Shown here: positions 1 to 14,227 of the stretch, piece by piece
Numbering within the stretch: the first letter of the stretch is position 1
Layout of the letters: each line of letters opens with the position of its first letter
Assembly (NCBI GenBank): GCA_010093705.1
Contig: MU006109.1
Span: forward strand, 268,290-332,289
Source: Patellaria atrata CBS 101060
Taxonomy: Eukaryota
DNA length: 64,000 bases
Direction: 5' to 3'
Notes under the pieces: model-generated
Told to the model about the DNA's origin: nothing
Databases searched by the model: none
What the model saw: only the letters and a program-made list of their open reading frames with translations
Program-made: the position numbers and the translations under genes

Positions 1-1220
1 TCTTTCGCCGCGTGCGCCGCGCCGGTGATGAGGGCGTACCTGACCTCGACACCGGCGTCCGCGAGGCGTTTCGCGAGTCGCTTTCCTTCGAACAGAGGTT
101 TGGAGTCGACGACTAGGACGCGGAATTTTGTGCCCTTTGCGTGGGCGAAGAGGAGGGTTTTTTGCACGATGCTGGAGCGGGCGAATGTGAGGATGACGTC
201 GCCGTCTACTATTTTGCTGGCTGCGGTCTGCGCGATAAGGGTATCGGCAGCGGTGATACGGTCGCGGATGAAAGCGTCGATGGAGGTGAGTAAGTGGGTT
301 TTTGCGTCCGATTCGGGGACCGCGGGGTCGATTTTGATGATGATGTCTTTCAGCCAGCGGATGCTGTTGCCCATGGCGATGGAGATGGGGCGACAGGATT
401 TGAGGTAGTCGATTTGAGGGGAGAGGTGTGTTGTTAGGTGACGGGCTAATGAGGTCCCATGGGGTGTTGTGTACGAAGATATGAGCTATGGTGATATATT
501 AGCATATACTGTTACACATGCGCCCTTCAACTGGGATTTTTGTCAGGAGAAGGAGCGGAAAAGACTTACACTCTTAAACGCCAACAACATAGCAACACAT
601 CTTGCATTGCTCCCAGAGACGACATACCCACTCGTTTGCAACCCCAGTGCCAGAATCGCAGGATGGATATCCTTTGGCGCACCTGCAATTTCGTGCCGTC
701 GAGGTTGTCCGTATAGGTGTCCAAATAAACCTACTTCCTTCTCCTTCTCTCTAGTTTCTCTCCTCCCCTCCTTCTTCTGTTGCGGTAGTATCGGCACCTG
801 CCCACTAGACATCCTCCTTCTAAGTGGCATTGCTTTCTGTGCCGCCCCGCCCTTGCCCTGCTGCTGTTGCTGCTGTTGTTGCTGCGGTCTCTGTTGCTTT
901 GGTGTCTGGCTCACTCCCGTATTTCCCGCTGTAGAAGGTGCTTCCGCACCCCCAGCACCCTCCCCTCCCTCACGCTCCGCTCTCTCCCTCTCTCGTCGTG
1001 CCTGCTTCTCTGCTTTCTGCCTTTTCTTCCGCTCAACCGGAGTTTCCCCAGGAGGTCCTGTATCCACAGTTCCATCGAGACCTAGCAAATTCGGCTGTTT
1101 CTGTTTCGACTCTTTTTTACTTGCTTGTGCTGGTGGGGGCTCTGAGGGTTGCGGGGAGGTGGATATGGAGGGGTTGGGGAGGTCTGCAGGCGCTGTTTGC
1201 GCCTCGTTGGAATCTGTCAT
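1..1220 (-). CDS. GCD2: Translation initiation factor eIF2B delta subunit (5' part; runs off the window)
   Basis: ATG at 1220; low-complexity/polyQ N-terminus, then LFGHL...DIHPAILALGLQ...VSGSNARCVAMLLAFK; intron 569..486 (GTAAG...TAG); then LISSYTTPHGTSLARHLTTHLSPQIDYLKSCRPISIAMGNSIRWLK, typical of eIF2B-delta. Confidence 0.93.
857..886 (-). repeat. CAG/CAA trinucleotide tract encoding polyQ in the eIF2B-delta N-terminus
   Basis: (ctg/ttg)n on the + strand; QQQQQQQQQ in ORF 543..1229. Confidence 0.85.
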
Positions 1221-1831
1221 CGGGTTCACAATTGGTCTTAGCTTTGTATGAGTTAATGTCGTGTCTGTGTGATTTTTGGTGGGGTAAAAGGTGAGTTATT
1301 GAAGAACAGAAAATTGGCAAGACGTAGAAGTCACAGTTCGCCGGAATAAAGTTGTCGGTTGATATTCGGGATGTTTTGTAGTTCCTGACTAAAGTTAAAT
1401 TTTGAGCCACACTATGAGGTCACACAGCCACAGATCAAATCTAAACGTGAAAAATATGGTAGGAGTTGAGAGAAAATACATATAGTGAAGTGATCAGTTC
1501 ATGGAAGAATATATCTCTATTACACAAAGCGGGTATCATATACGGTTTCATAGTATGGCGGCAACGTTGATGTGAATGCAGATTTGTACAGTACAAGACG
1601 ATATCTGGTATGTATGAAGCAACTATAAAATGCGCAAGGGGTGTTTTAAGAGGTATAGGAAGTAAGTCGTTCTACAGTCCATCCATGTACAGCTGCAGAG
1701 TGTACAATTTGAAGCCTTGGATTTAGAGTTCACGGTCAGCATGTCTGCGTACACTTACAAGCGCGTTCATTAGGCGAAGGGGCTGGTCATGAATGTGTGG
1801 TTTGAGATTATAGGACCATCCCATACTCCCT

Positions 1832-3620
1832 CTACTTCTTCATCTGCTTAAGATACTCCTCCCATCCAATCTTCTTTATCTTCTCCGACTTCGCCATAAC
1901 CTCCCTCTCCATACCACCAATATACTCTTCCAGCGCCTCCGCGACTGCAGGGTCGAAAGTCCCTACGATCCTAGCTGCGAGGAGCGCGGCATTGATGCCA
2001 TTATCGATTCCTACCGTTGCAACAGGTATACCTATTCTAATTAGTATGCCGTCTGCAGTGTGGAGGGACAAGATGTAAAAGGGTGAATCACTCACCTCTA
2101 GGCATCTGCACAATACTAAGCAAACTGTCCATTCCATCTGTCTTACTCGGCTTTACCGGGACCCCTATAACCGGGAGTATAGTATGGGACGCAGCCATCC
2201 CAGGCAAATGCGCCGCACCTCCCGCCGCCGCGATAATGACTTTGACGCCTTGCGAAGCCGCTTCCGCTGCATATAGGGCCATATAGTCCGGTGTGCGATG
2301 CGCAGATGTGATATTGACTTCAGTTGCGATGCCAAACCTCTCTAGTAGCTTAATCCCGTCTACTAGAACTGGGATGTCGGAATCAGAGCCCATTGTGACT
2401 ATCACTGTAGGTGCTGGTTTCGCGATTGCGGGTGAGGGAGTCTTAATGTCTGAGCGCTCCGCACGCAGCTTATCCACTAAATCAATAAGCGGTGTAATGG
2501 CCGCTTGAGCAGCATTTTCGGTCGGCCCGGCGACTGTAATGTGGCCCATTTTGCGGCCTGGTCGCGCGTCCCCCTTGTCGTAGAGATGGATGCTAGCATT
2601 TGGAACGCTGAGCGCTGCTTCCGTGATACGAAGGTGTGAATCCCGAGTCTCGCCTCCGAGAATATTCAGCATGACGGCCGGTTGGCGGAGCTCGAGACTC
2701 TTGGCTGGGATCGGGAAATCGAGGATGGCGCGTAGATGAGCGTCATACTGAGACATACCACAGGATTCAATAGTGTGGTGGCCGGAATTGTGTGGGCGAG
2801 GTGCAATCTCATTGATCAGAAGAGTTTGCGCTGCGTCGTCGAGGAGGAACATCTCAACACCGTAGACCCCCTTACCTTCGAAAGCCGCGACGGTTTTGCG
2901 TGCCAATTCCTGTGCGCGCTTTTGAATAGAGGATGAGACACCACGAGGTGGTGCATAGACAAGTTTGCAGATGGAATCTTCATGGATAGTTTCGACTGTC
3001 GGAAAGGAAAGGACACCATTCTTGGTTTGGACAACGTTGACTGCTAATTCTATCTTGAACGGTGCCCATTTTTCACCGTATAAAGGACGATCAGTCAAGA
3101 AGTCTAGCGATGGCCCGAGATCGTCTTTTGATCTAACAGGATAGTTTCCGCGACCGTCGTATGCATTCGTTTTAGATTTCAACATAAATGGATACCCAAG
3201 ATCTTCTCCGATAGCAGCAAGCTCTTCTACCGTATTTTCTCGTACCTCACGGTAAGGTACAACCGGGATGGAATGTTTTCTAAGGTGTTCCTTTTGCAAG
3301 AACTTGTCTTGAATGGTGCGTATCGTTCGCCAACTTGGCTCAATCATGACCTTCTCCGAAACCCCTTCGAGAACGTATGTATTGACATGCTCGATTTCTA
3401 CCGTGATAACGTCACACGATTTGGCAAGCTCTTCTATGCTCTCCTTATTCGTGAATTTGCCAGCAATATGGTCACCATGTGCGTGGATCTTCTTAGCGGG
3501 TGCATTTTCACTGTCGAGGACAATGACTTTGATATTGAGTCTGTTGGCGGCTTCAATGAGCATACGGCCAAGTTGGCCTCCGCCTAGAACGCCGACGACG
3601 TTCTTCTCAAATAAACTCAT
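1832..3620 (-). CDS. ADE2: Phosphoribosylaminoimidazole carboxylase (PurK-PurE fusion)
   Basis: GVLGGGQLGRM, YDGRGN, NEIAPRPHNSGH (PurK); MGSDSD, SAHRTP, AAHLPGM (PurE); one intron near 2095..2032 before GIPVATVGIDNGINAALLA. Confidence 0.97.
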
Positions 3621-4414
3621 CTTTGTCTCAGTTAGTTTGCTCTGTGTAGTGTATGATTCTAAAACTGGCTGTTTGTAGTAAGGATATGACGTAGGTGGGT
3701 AGAACCTGTGTTATAGGTTCTAAATGTTATGGGCATAAAGTGCTCCTGGTATTTGAAAGACAGAATAAAAGATCACTCGGCATATGAGAAAGTTCTTGAG
3801 AAATTGAGAAATTGAAACAAGACAGCGGTACAAGTAGAACTAAATTTGAAAGTACTATTAACTTAGAGAGATTAAAACAGAAAGTGAAGAAAATGAACTA
3901 GTTTTACTTTCAAACGCAAAGCGGTAAATCAAAATTTGCGCATGGTATATCTAACCAGAAGTTTCTTTGAAGCGGATCTCACCTTAACGTCTAATTATTT
4001 TAAATTTAACATTATCGGATGAAAATTGGAAAGTGGTAAAAGTTTTCTCAATATGAATATTGCCTTATCGATAAGATCACCAGTAGATTAGATCAGAATC
4101 CGATATTTTCCCCTTGCCTCCCATCTCATACATCGATAATAAGTTCAGCAAAAGATCAAACTATACATCCGTAGATGTCGTTCCGATTCAAAATCTTTTT
4201 GGATGGGGAACAACCGAATCAGGATATGTAGTACGCTTTTCTAGAATGTGTACAGCGAGGGTATAGTAGAACCACAGCTCCACAGGAGCACTCTAGGTAT
4301 CATATATGAAATGTCCCATACGAAGAGGATTACATTCAATTTATTGCCTCTACTTTATCTCCAGCTTAAAATAACCCAGAGGTCTAAATCATTCCCACAT
4401 GTATCATCCCCTTG

Positions 4415-5746
4415 CTAATCATCTGTATTACCCACGCCAGCTTTCACCTTTAGCTCGCGGACTCTGGCAGCGGTCTCAATAGCCCTATAGTGATCATCGC
4501 CGTAGATAATCAGGAAAGTATCTAAACCCTTTTGCGCCGCGTCAATGGCGAAATTGAGGTCTCCGAGAGCGACGCAGAGGAGTGCTATGGTCATGTACCT
4601 GTACGTATTAGCAAGGATAATGAACAATCCCGAATCCCTTTCACACAGGAAAGAATCCCGCCCCTCCAGGATAATGGAAACTCACCCGCCCGCCAGGAGT
4701 GGACACACGAGACCCTCATCCCTCAGCAACGACACCATCTCAATCGCCATAAGGAAAATCTGAGAGAGAACCTCCCTACTCGGCGCCAGAGTCAACAAGC
4801 CCTCATCACTACCATCCACCGAACCCACCTCTCCATTCTTCCCTGGGACCTCTTCAGGTCCCTCAAACCCCAACCCAAACATCTTAACCCTCTTCCCAAC
4901 CCACTCATCCAACTCACTCACCCTGGCCCTCCTCGCCAAACTCCTCGCCACCTTACTCCCCACATCCCAACTATCCCCCTCGCAAACCTCACACTCACAC
5001 TCAAACCCGTACCCCCTCAACTCCCACCTCCTCAAATCCCGCGCATGCAACACATAACAATAACTAACTAGCACCTCCTCCCCCATCTCCAGATCCCTAA
5101 CCGCATGCACGGTCTCGGCACCCAGCCGCTCGTTCCACGCAAAACACGCATTAGGCACACACGAATGATTGCACCTGGCCGCCGTCGGAAAGACCCCCGC
5201 GCCCTCCCCATCCGCCCCCATACCCATACAATTCGTGACGAAAATGCTGCCCACGCTCTTGACCCCGGCGCACCGGATCGCTTGGATTTCCCGCACCCGC
5301 TCGAGGTCCCAGCGCGGTATGTGCTTGTACACGCCGACGCCCCAGTGTTTGGCCCGCTGCGTGTGAGAGCTTCCGAGGCTCGCATATAGCGCTTGCTGGG
5401 AAGGGGTGAGGGCCGCGTAGCGGGCTTCGAGGTCGGCGACGCGGTAGCGGCCGTGTGGGACGCTGAGGAGGGGTGGTTCCGCGATCAGGCGCGTGCCGGC
5501 TGGTATGGGGCGTGTGGTGAAGATTCCGAGGCCGCGGCCGGGGGAGGTGCGGATGGTGTAGGGTGCGTTTTCGGGGATCGGGGGGAGCGTAAAGGAGTCG
5601 TGGGTGGAGGATGGGGTTGGTTCGGACTCGATGGATATCGGAGGCGTGTCTCCTGACTGTTCTTTATTGTTGACGAGGGTGAATTTGCCTAATGTACTGG
5701 CTCTGGAGGGATGAGTGTCATCCCATATATGGGGCTCGATGAGCAT
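4415..5746 (-). CDS. SET-domain protein (SMYD/Set5-like lysine methyltransferase) with helical C-terminus
   Basis: GRGLGIFTTRPIPAGTRLIAEPPLL, GVFPTAARCNHSCVPNA, GEEVLVSY, YGFECECEVC; intron about 4685..4599; start codon uncertain. Confidence 0.85.
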
Positions 5747-6215
5747 GATCGCTGTGCTCGAAGATGATATGAAATTGAGAAACAAGTCTACAACGAGGGT
5801 AATGGAACCGTCTCGTCAGTGAGTGTAGTAAAGGTTGTTCGTCTTGTTCAGGTCCCCCTTATCCTATAATATGCAGATATATTTCAGGTTAAATATATTC
5901 CCGTATGGTTGACTCTGTAGTGCTGCTTCCTAAGTTCAATGTAAGGTGGAAGGCGAGGACAAGTGTATGGAGAAGTGAGACACACAAGGAAGAGCAATGG
6001 AGCTTTATAGGCGTAGCAAGAGCAGTCTGGGACAAGAGGATGTGAGTCGAATACATGCTGGCGCGTTTGCGTCAAATAATTCATTTGATCTGTCCATCAG
6101 TTTGACCTGATCCAAACGTTACACACCTGACTTTTAACTCCACCCGAGCCGATATCGCAACTTTTCCTTCGCCCTTATACTACATCAACGCCAACATCAA
6201 CGGTATCTCACCCCT

Positions 6216-7668
<1,453 letters not shown>

Positions 7669-8478
7669 GTTTGGAATTCACGGACAATTCTTTAGATATG
7701 GAATTGGAGGATAGAAGCAAAAGAGTATTATTAGATAGATATATATGTAAAAATTGAAGAGGAGGTAGTCGAGTTCACTTTATAAGATTCTTGAACTGTT
7801 GCGGATATGTACGCTGGAAAGGTGGGGCATAGCAATAGAGAGGGGCAATTGAGGGAAAAATCAGTCTCCCACGTCACCCAAGGCCAAATCCGCTTCGAAC
7901 CGTTCCCCTCTACCGGCCCATAGCTGTAAAGTGATAAAGCAAGGGAATCTAGGCGCTTGTTCTCACAAATACATTGGGGTAGCTGCGGCATGTTGTGGGA
8001 AGCAATTCGTTGTTCTAGCGGAAGAGTTGCCGGGGAATTTTGACCATATCCGGTATTCAGATCTACCGAAGCTCAATATAGTTGTCAAATGTACGTTATC
8101 TGCTGGATAAACCTATCAAAATTACTCCAACCACTGCTGTCAAGACTTTCGCAATTCCGCCCCTGTTCTTGATTTCCGCGAAGATGCATAAGCTGGTCCT
8201 CGAGTATGCCTAACTCTGTTTTGTCTATCGAGGCGTGTAAATTAGCACGTATGGCTATGCTTCTATTCTCCAAAACGCCGACCTGATTGGATGAATCCCA
8301 TCTTCTTTAAGATTTCAGTAAGCGGGGACCAGAGGAACTTCTATTCCACTCCATACACGTTTGAGAATGCATATGGTTTCGATAGGCGCTAGATCCCTTA
8401 CCTTGGGGTAGTTGGTTCTTTAAAGTCCCAATGCGACATGCGAGGGTTGTGATACCGATAACATGGAGACCTCGTCTC

Positions 8479-9197
8479 TCATCCTCTGCTTTTTTGCCAT
8501 CTTTGAACTCTTTTTCTTATGTCCCCTTCGCTCTGTTGCATCACATTTAGTTTCGTATCACGGAACATGGCTCCATAGTTATCGCCATGTTTTGCTACTA
8601 GTTGTTCAATCCACTCTTCCTCTCTAGCGCTCTGTTTCCTAGGAGGCTTCCTCACACCGGAAGCTGCCTTCTCCTCTAATTGTCTGAGAACAGATGTGGA
8701 ATACGATGAGGCGGTGCCAATATTGTCGAACCCTTCCCATTCCTCTGGATCCGAGTCTTCGAGTTCATTCAACGGATCGTTAAGGGGATTAGGTTTCGTT
8801 GGAGCCTCGATGACACGAAGGATAGCACCAGTCTTGGGGTCTCGCTCAATACGTACTTCTTCCAGTCCAGTGGTAGTTGGAATATGTGAGTCTATAGCTA
8901 AATGGTCTGTCCCATTGATCCTTTCGCTGGAACCCAGGCTTTTGGTCTTGTCTATTCCGCCGGTAGCATGGTTTAGCTTTGCAGTTAGACCTAAACGATG
9001 ATAATTCTGGGATAAGGTCTCCTTCTGGTTCCTGGGGACACATGAGTTGAGACTCGACTCTATACTGATATGATTTGAACATACCAATTCGCAGCGATAA
9101 TAGGATTGCTTAGGACCTTCTTTTTCGACTTTTGCCTTTGTCGAATTGTGGGCAACGACGACCTATTCTTTTTCTTTTGCCATTTGTTGCTACCCAT
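8479..9197 (-). CDS. NOP16: Ribosome biogenesis protein Nop16
   Basis: MGSNKWQKKKNRSS...NPIIAANW | NQKETLSQNYHRLGL...EEEWIEQLVAKHGDNYGAMFRDTKLNVMQQSEGDIRKR; one intron. Confidence 0.9.
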
Positions 9198-9418
9198 TTT
9201 CAACTTAAGGGTCGAGTTTTCTGTGATCTACAAGAAGACGTTGTCCGAAGAAGAAATTTTGTGCAAGCTGCAATGCAAATTCGCATAGTTGGGCCGTAAG
9301 GGTCACCGTAACACAGAACTGATAAGATCTAGCTTACATCTAATCTTTCTCACAACAACCCCCCAGCTCTAACCTCCTGAGCCGGAAATTGTCGACCTCC
9401 CCGCAATATCCGCGCAAT

Positions 9419-10881
9419 ATGGCTATAATGAGCGCGAAAAGGCTACTATTAATCACTATGGTTGCAGCCTTAATCTTTGTCGCTCAAGCATCGGTGTCCA
9501 TACTCCACAAAACGGAGAGTGAGTCTATTGCTAATCTTACAGTCGCTCAGATTGAGGACAAGCTTCAGGTCAGTAAGATATATGTCAATTAAACGAACTA
9601 TATGCTCTTCAACATAGTAGCGGCTATACTTTCGATCTAGGGATTTTATCATCTTCGTATATTGACTGTTGGTAGGAATGCTCCATTGTTCAGGCTCTCA
9701 ACAAACACAAAGTGGGTAGTGGGAGTAACACCGAAACCTCTGGTCTAACAGCTCGTATCTTCGCGACTCTCTTTCCTGGTAGTCCGGCTGTCAACTCTAT
9801 TCTCGCGACCGTGTACATCTCCGGCCCTCCTAACTTCCTACTAGCGTTATGTCCCCCTGACATCGACCCATCCTCCCTGAGCGTCATGGTCGCCTTCGCT
9901 GTAGGAGGAATTCTAGGTGATACCCTATTCCATCTTCTCCCGGAGATCTTTCTGGGTGAAGATTCTCCAGAACATGTACGGTTCGTTATGGTCGAGCCGA
10001 ACAGGAATCTGTTGCTGGGCGTTGCGATACTAGCAGGGTTCCTAACATTCGTAGCTATGGATAAGGGCTTGCGAATTGCAACTGGTGGAGAGGGTGGGCA
10101 TGATCATGGGCATTCCCACGGGAAACCTGAGGTCAGTGAGAAAGTGACAAGCGCAATTGCAAGCGGAGTGGACACGGGCGGTAAATCCCCTTTTCCTGCA
10201 AGGATGTGAGAATTGGAGAACTAACAATCTTAGATACCACCCGCTCCCGCAAGTCCAATATGCAAGCCGATTCTGCCCAGACCCGCTCTGTAGCAACACT
10301 AGAAAAGGAGATATCCCCAAGTGTCAAGCTCGGCGGCTTCCTCAACCTTGTCGCTGACTTCACCCACAACATCACCGACGGACTTGCCATGTCCTCTTCC
10401 TTCTACGCTTCACCAACTGTTGGTGCTGTCACAACTCTTGCTGTCTTCACTCATGAAATCCCTCATGAATGTGGCGATTTTGCTCTTCTCATCCAATCTG
10501 GCTTTTCTAAGCGTGCAGCTATGGGGGCCCAATTCGTTACCGCCATCGGCGCTTTCCTAGGGACGTTTATCGGAATTGCAATTCAAGAGTTCGGAGGTAA
10601 CAGCGCAAGTGGAGCGTCTGAACCTGGACTGTTTGGGACGAGCCTGCAGGTAGGGGACCTGTTATTACCGTTTACTGCGGGAACGTTCCTGTATGTGGGA
10701 ACTGTGGCGGTAATTCCGGAGATGTTGGAGACGGGCAAGGATAAAAAGGCGGAGTTGAAGAAGACTTTGACCCAGTTCTTGGCGATGTTTGCGGGTGCAG
10801 GAGTTATGCTTGCGTAAGTTAATATTCGTTGCGTTACATAAAACAGAAGATGCTAACATTAATAGGATCTCCTGGGATTGA
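9419..10881 (+). CDS. ZIP-family zinc transporter, ZIP7/Yke4-like
   Basis: Signal peptide, MVAFAVGGILGDTLFHLLPE, His-rich HDHGHSH loop, LNLVADFTHNITDG, HEIPHECGDFALL; three introns. Confidence 0.92.
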
Positions 10882-11135
10882 AAGCTCTACGAAGTGATAG
10901 TAATGTGGAGTAATTCATGTAATCATTCACGATATAGACCCATAGAGGTAAGGATACGAGCACAAATTATAGTCCTCCAAAAAGAAAAGAAAATAGTAAT
11001 GGTCAAGCATCTAAAGCTCGATTCATATTTCCATTCCACATGATCTTTCCACCTATACACACTCTTATCTTGATTTAGTTTCTCCGCCTAACACCAACTT
11101 ACACACGACATTCCTCCAACACCTCCCCAATCTCC

Positions 11136-11672
11136 TTAAGTAGTCCATTCAGCCTCGAGTTTCTTCCCATTCACCTCCACGCTTTCAATCGGATGTATAA
11201 CCGCAACAAACCGACACTCTCTCTCCAGACTTGGATTCCGCCACGCATGCATAGTCCCCCTCTGCACCAGCACATCCCCCGTCCTCAACAACCGCGTCTC
11301 CCCGCCGTCCAAAATACACTCCACCTCTCCCTCCAGCATGACGATATAGTCCAAACTGACCGTCCTGTGCATGGGCGAGGTGGCGCCCGGCGCGAAAATG
11401 AGGTGCTGCAGTGCGGTGCCGTTCGGGAGGATCAGGGGCGCGGGCTGTGTCTCGAGCTCGGCGAGCTGGGTGCTGTAGGAGGCGTGGTCGGCGTTGGCGT
11501 TGAGATTTGCTGGGAGATTGTTGAGGGTGTAGGCGAGGGAGCGGGTCAAGCCGCTGCCTGCGACGGCGAAGGGGAGGTCCTCGGGCACTTGGCTCTCGTA
11601 GATCGCTTGGCCGGAGGAGTTGTGGCCCGTGATGAAGCGTTTGACGCTGTGGAGGGGAGTTGGGTCCTCCAT
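11136..11672 (-). CDS. Cupin-2 domain protein
   Basis: KRFITGHN, PGATSPMHRTVSLDY, LRTGDVLVQRGTMHAWRNPS. Confidence 0.9.
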   Translation of the reverse strand: MEDPTPLHSVKRFITGHNSSGQAIYESQVPEDLPFAVAGSGLTRSLAYTLNNLPANLNANADHASYSTQLAELETQPAPLILPNGTALQHLIFAPGATSPMHRTVSLDYIVMLEGEVECILDGGETRLLRTGDVLVQRGTMHAWRNPSLERECRFVAVIHPIESVEVNGKKLEAEWTT

Positions 11673-12051
11673 GCTGGGTAGCTGAAGTAGATGGTATAGA
11701 GTGAGGTCTAGTCTTAGGGAGATAGTGGGAGGGTTTGAACTTTGGGGGGTTTGAGATGGTAGGCTTGCGGATACTGGAATCACTGGATGTGATGGGGGAT
11801 GTTTGCAAAACCCTTTTTTATCTTGTATTCGTGGGAGGGGTTTTGTAGAGCAGTTGATATATCTATTACCATCCCAACAACTGAGTCTAGTTTAGTGGCG
11901 GGGAATTGGACCCTCCGCAGTCTTTCCCCTTGATTCATGATCATAAGGAGGTCGTCTATCAAAAGGGAAGGGTGCTTTCAACCACGTCCCCAGCGTGATT
12001 ATCACCCCTGCTGTTTATAAATCAACAACCTGTGACTACTTTCCATAACCC

Positions 12052-12200
12052 GGGACCTGTGGCCTAGTGGTGGGAATCCCCCACCACACGGAACAGGACA
12101 AGTCACTAACACGTCCTGGGTTCGATCCTGGGCCTCATCGGGGGGCCCAGCAGACTACCACGTTCCCCTTCGGAGGGCGTGGGAACTGTTTTGATTTTTT
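12052..12200 (+). ncRNA. Putative Pol III ncRNA, unit 1: A/B-box head, four hairpins, oligo-T
   Basis: TTTATAAA 12014-21; A-box TGGCCTAGTGG 12060-70; B-box GGTTCGATCC 12119-28; hairpins incl. a C(UUCG)G loop at 12168-73; T4 and T6 at 12189-12200. Confidence 0.6.
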
Positions 12201-12905
12201 GATTTTTTATTATTCTCCTTTTCTTTCTGCTTTTCCTTTTGCTGCTTAGCAGGTCTTCACTCGATTAGATACATGACAGGCATTCAGCGTAGGGCGCACA
12301 CCTACATATAAGTGTAACACGATGTTGAACCTACTACCGTATGCTCAGGGTACAATTCTATTATTAACTCATCTAATTTACAGAGGATCAACTAGTCAAT
12401 TAGAAAAAAGGGCGGGCGTCATAGATGTTGGGTAGGATTTAGCTCGCCAGTCAGCAATTTTAGAGGATGAGGGAAGGCCCATGGTTCAGGCCTCCATAGA
12501 TATAAACAGCAACAGTGTTGCTTGATCAATAAGACTGTGGAATTAGTAAGGCAAAAATATAAAACTGGAAAAGAAGAAGGATGGTGAATCAAGAGGGTCG
12601 GTCTTTATTCGGAGAATTCGCAGTTGTCCTGAACCATTAGTAATCTAAGTCTGGCCGCTTTTAAATCTATCACAGCTTAAAGAGGAAGAAGGTCAATGAG
12701 AGATTGATAAGTAAGTAGCATTGACAAGTCTAATCAGACTTGTTTCATGTATTGCACTTCCATGTGAGAATTCGCTGACCGTTCGGTGGACATGGCTCCT
12801 CCGTTCTAATTGATAATGAAACAAAGTCCCCAGTGAAAGAACCTCTAGAGTGCGTCCAGCTCAAACTCCGGCGCTATGCTCATAATAATCATGATATTTG
12901 GGCTT

Positions 12906-13989
12906 TTAGCTCATCACGACTTCTTGGACAGCATCTTTTGAAGTACTTCCGTCTGGGATCACGTCTTTGAAAATCCTCTCTTTGACCTCAGCTGCTAGCA
13001 GCCCCGTCCTCTCTTCTGCAGCAATCTTCTTTCCCGCTCTTACAATCTTTTCTAGTTGGGGAGATGCGTGCGTAGCCTGTAGGGCTCCTCTTCTTCTACC
13101 GTCATAATTTGGTCTAGCTTGATTGATTTTTGTAGCTAGGTCCACAATCTGCTTCGTTCCATATTCTCTGTTGGTAAAGAGCGGTGACGAAGAGAGAGTT
13201 TGAACCCAGTATTTGTTCCACAATGATTCCAAGAGTGCAGAATCAAGGGAAGACTTGAAGTGTGACACTTCGAGGGAGTAGTATCGACTGCTGTGTGCGC
13301 CAAAATCTTGCATCTTGTTTGTTGGAATGGTCTGCCATCCCTCAGAGTCAGTAGTTGTGGTTGGCTTATGCTCCGTGGGATATGTTCGGAAAGCTCCAAT
13401 GTCAACCTTACCGGCGGATATGGTGCGGTCCGGATCAATGACCACGGCAACGAATGGGTCTGAATAGGCCTGTTGAGCGCTTTGGGTGTCGACATCTATA
13501 CCGGAGAGCCAGCAACCGTAGCCAGGATGGGAATGATACCATCCTACCGCATTCTCTAATTGATTGTTCTCTCTGGCTAGTCGAAGGAATTCCGTCATGT
13601 ACTCGTTTGCCTCGTCCTGAGCATTCACCCTCGTCTCTGTGCCCTCAACAGGTAATCTGAAAGCATCTGTAACTACAAAGGTATCTTCATGAATTGACCC
13701 CTGCATCAGACCCATAACCTCTAATGAGCCACCAGATCGAGCATGCATGACCATCTTTAAGAGAGCAACTGCGGAGATGCGGATGTGTTTGAAGTAGTTT
13801 GGGTCTTTACGCCATGGTGAGGTATTATTTATCGCTTTCTGAGATTCTGTAGAGTAGTTATAGAGAGCATCACGTGTAGGCTCTACTAATTGGATAGCGT
13901 TCTCGAGCTCTATAAATATTATAAGTCAACATTGTGAGTTGCTGGGTAGAGGTTTAGAATTTACCCCAGCCCTTGAGCGCAGCAGCCAT
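12906..13989 (-). CDS. CSN5: COP9 signalosome subunit 5 (JAMM/MPN+ deneddylase)
   Basis: RISAVALLKMVMHARSGGSLEVMGLM, AFRLPVEGTETRVNAQ, VGWYHSHPGYGCWLSGIDV, LWNKYWVQTLS; short first exon MAAALKGW. Confidence 0.96.
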
Positions 13990-14227
13990 TATATGGAAAT
14001 AAATCCAGGTAAGTAAAGGTAAAGAGCAATTAGGTCTGAAATCTGGAACCTTGGTAGTGAAAAGCTTTGAGATTTCTGCATACGGAGCAACTGGTGCTTG
14101 ATGCCTGGAATTGTTCGATGTCGGGTTAAAGCTACAACACGCCAAGCGCGGGGCGTCAAGCTTCCCGTCTCGAATTCCCCACTCTGAACTTCATTTTCCT
14201 CCTCCTTCATCCTGACCCCTATTCAAA

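Noticed and set aside
469..1251. Cys-rich 260-aa + strand ORF and other long antisense ORFs (e.g. 23327..23902, 33731..34417, 28726..29292)
   Set aside because: Shadows of real genes on the opposite strand; the poly-Cys is the reverse complement of the polyQ codons.
7880..7930. GGTTCGAAGC B-box-like motif on the minus strand upstream of the formaldehyde dehydrogenase
   Set aside because: No convincing A-box or structured trailer; compatible with chance or an isolated TFIIIC site.
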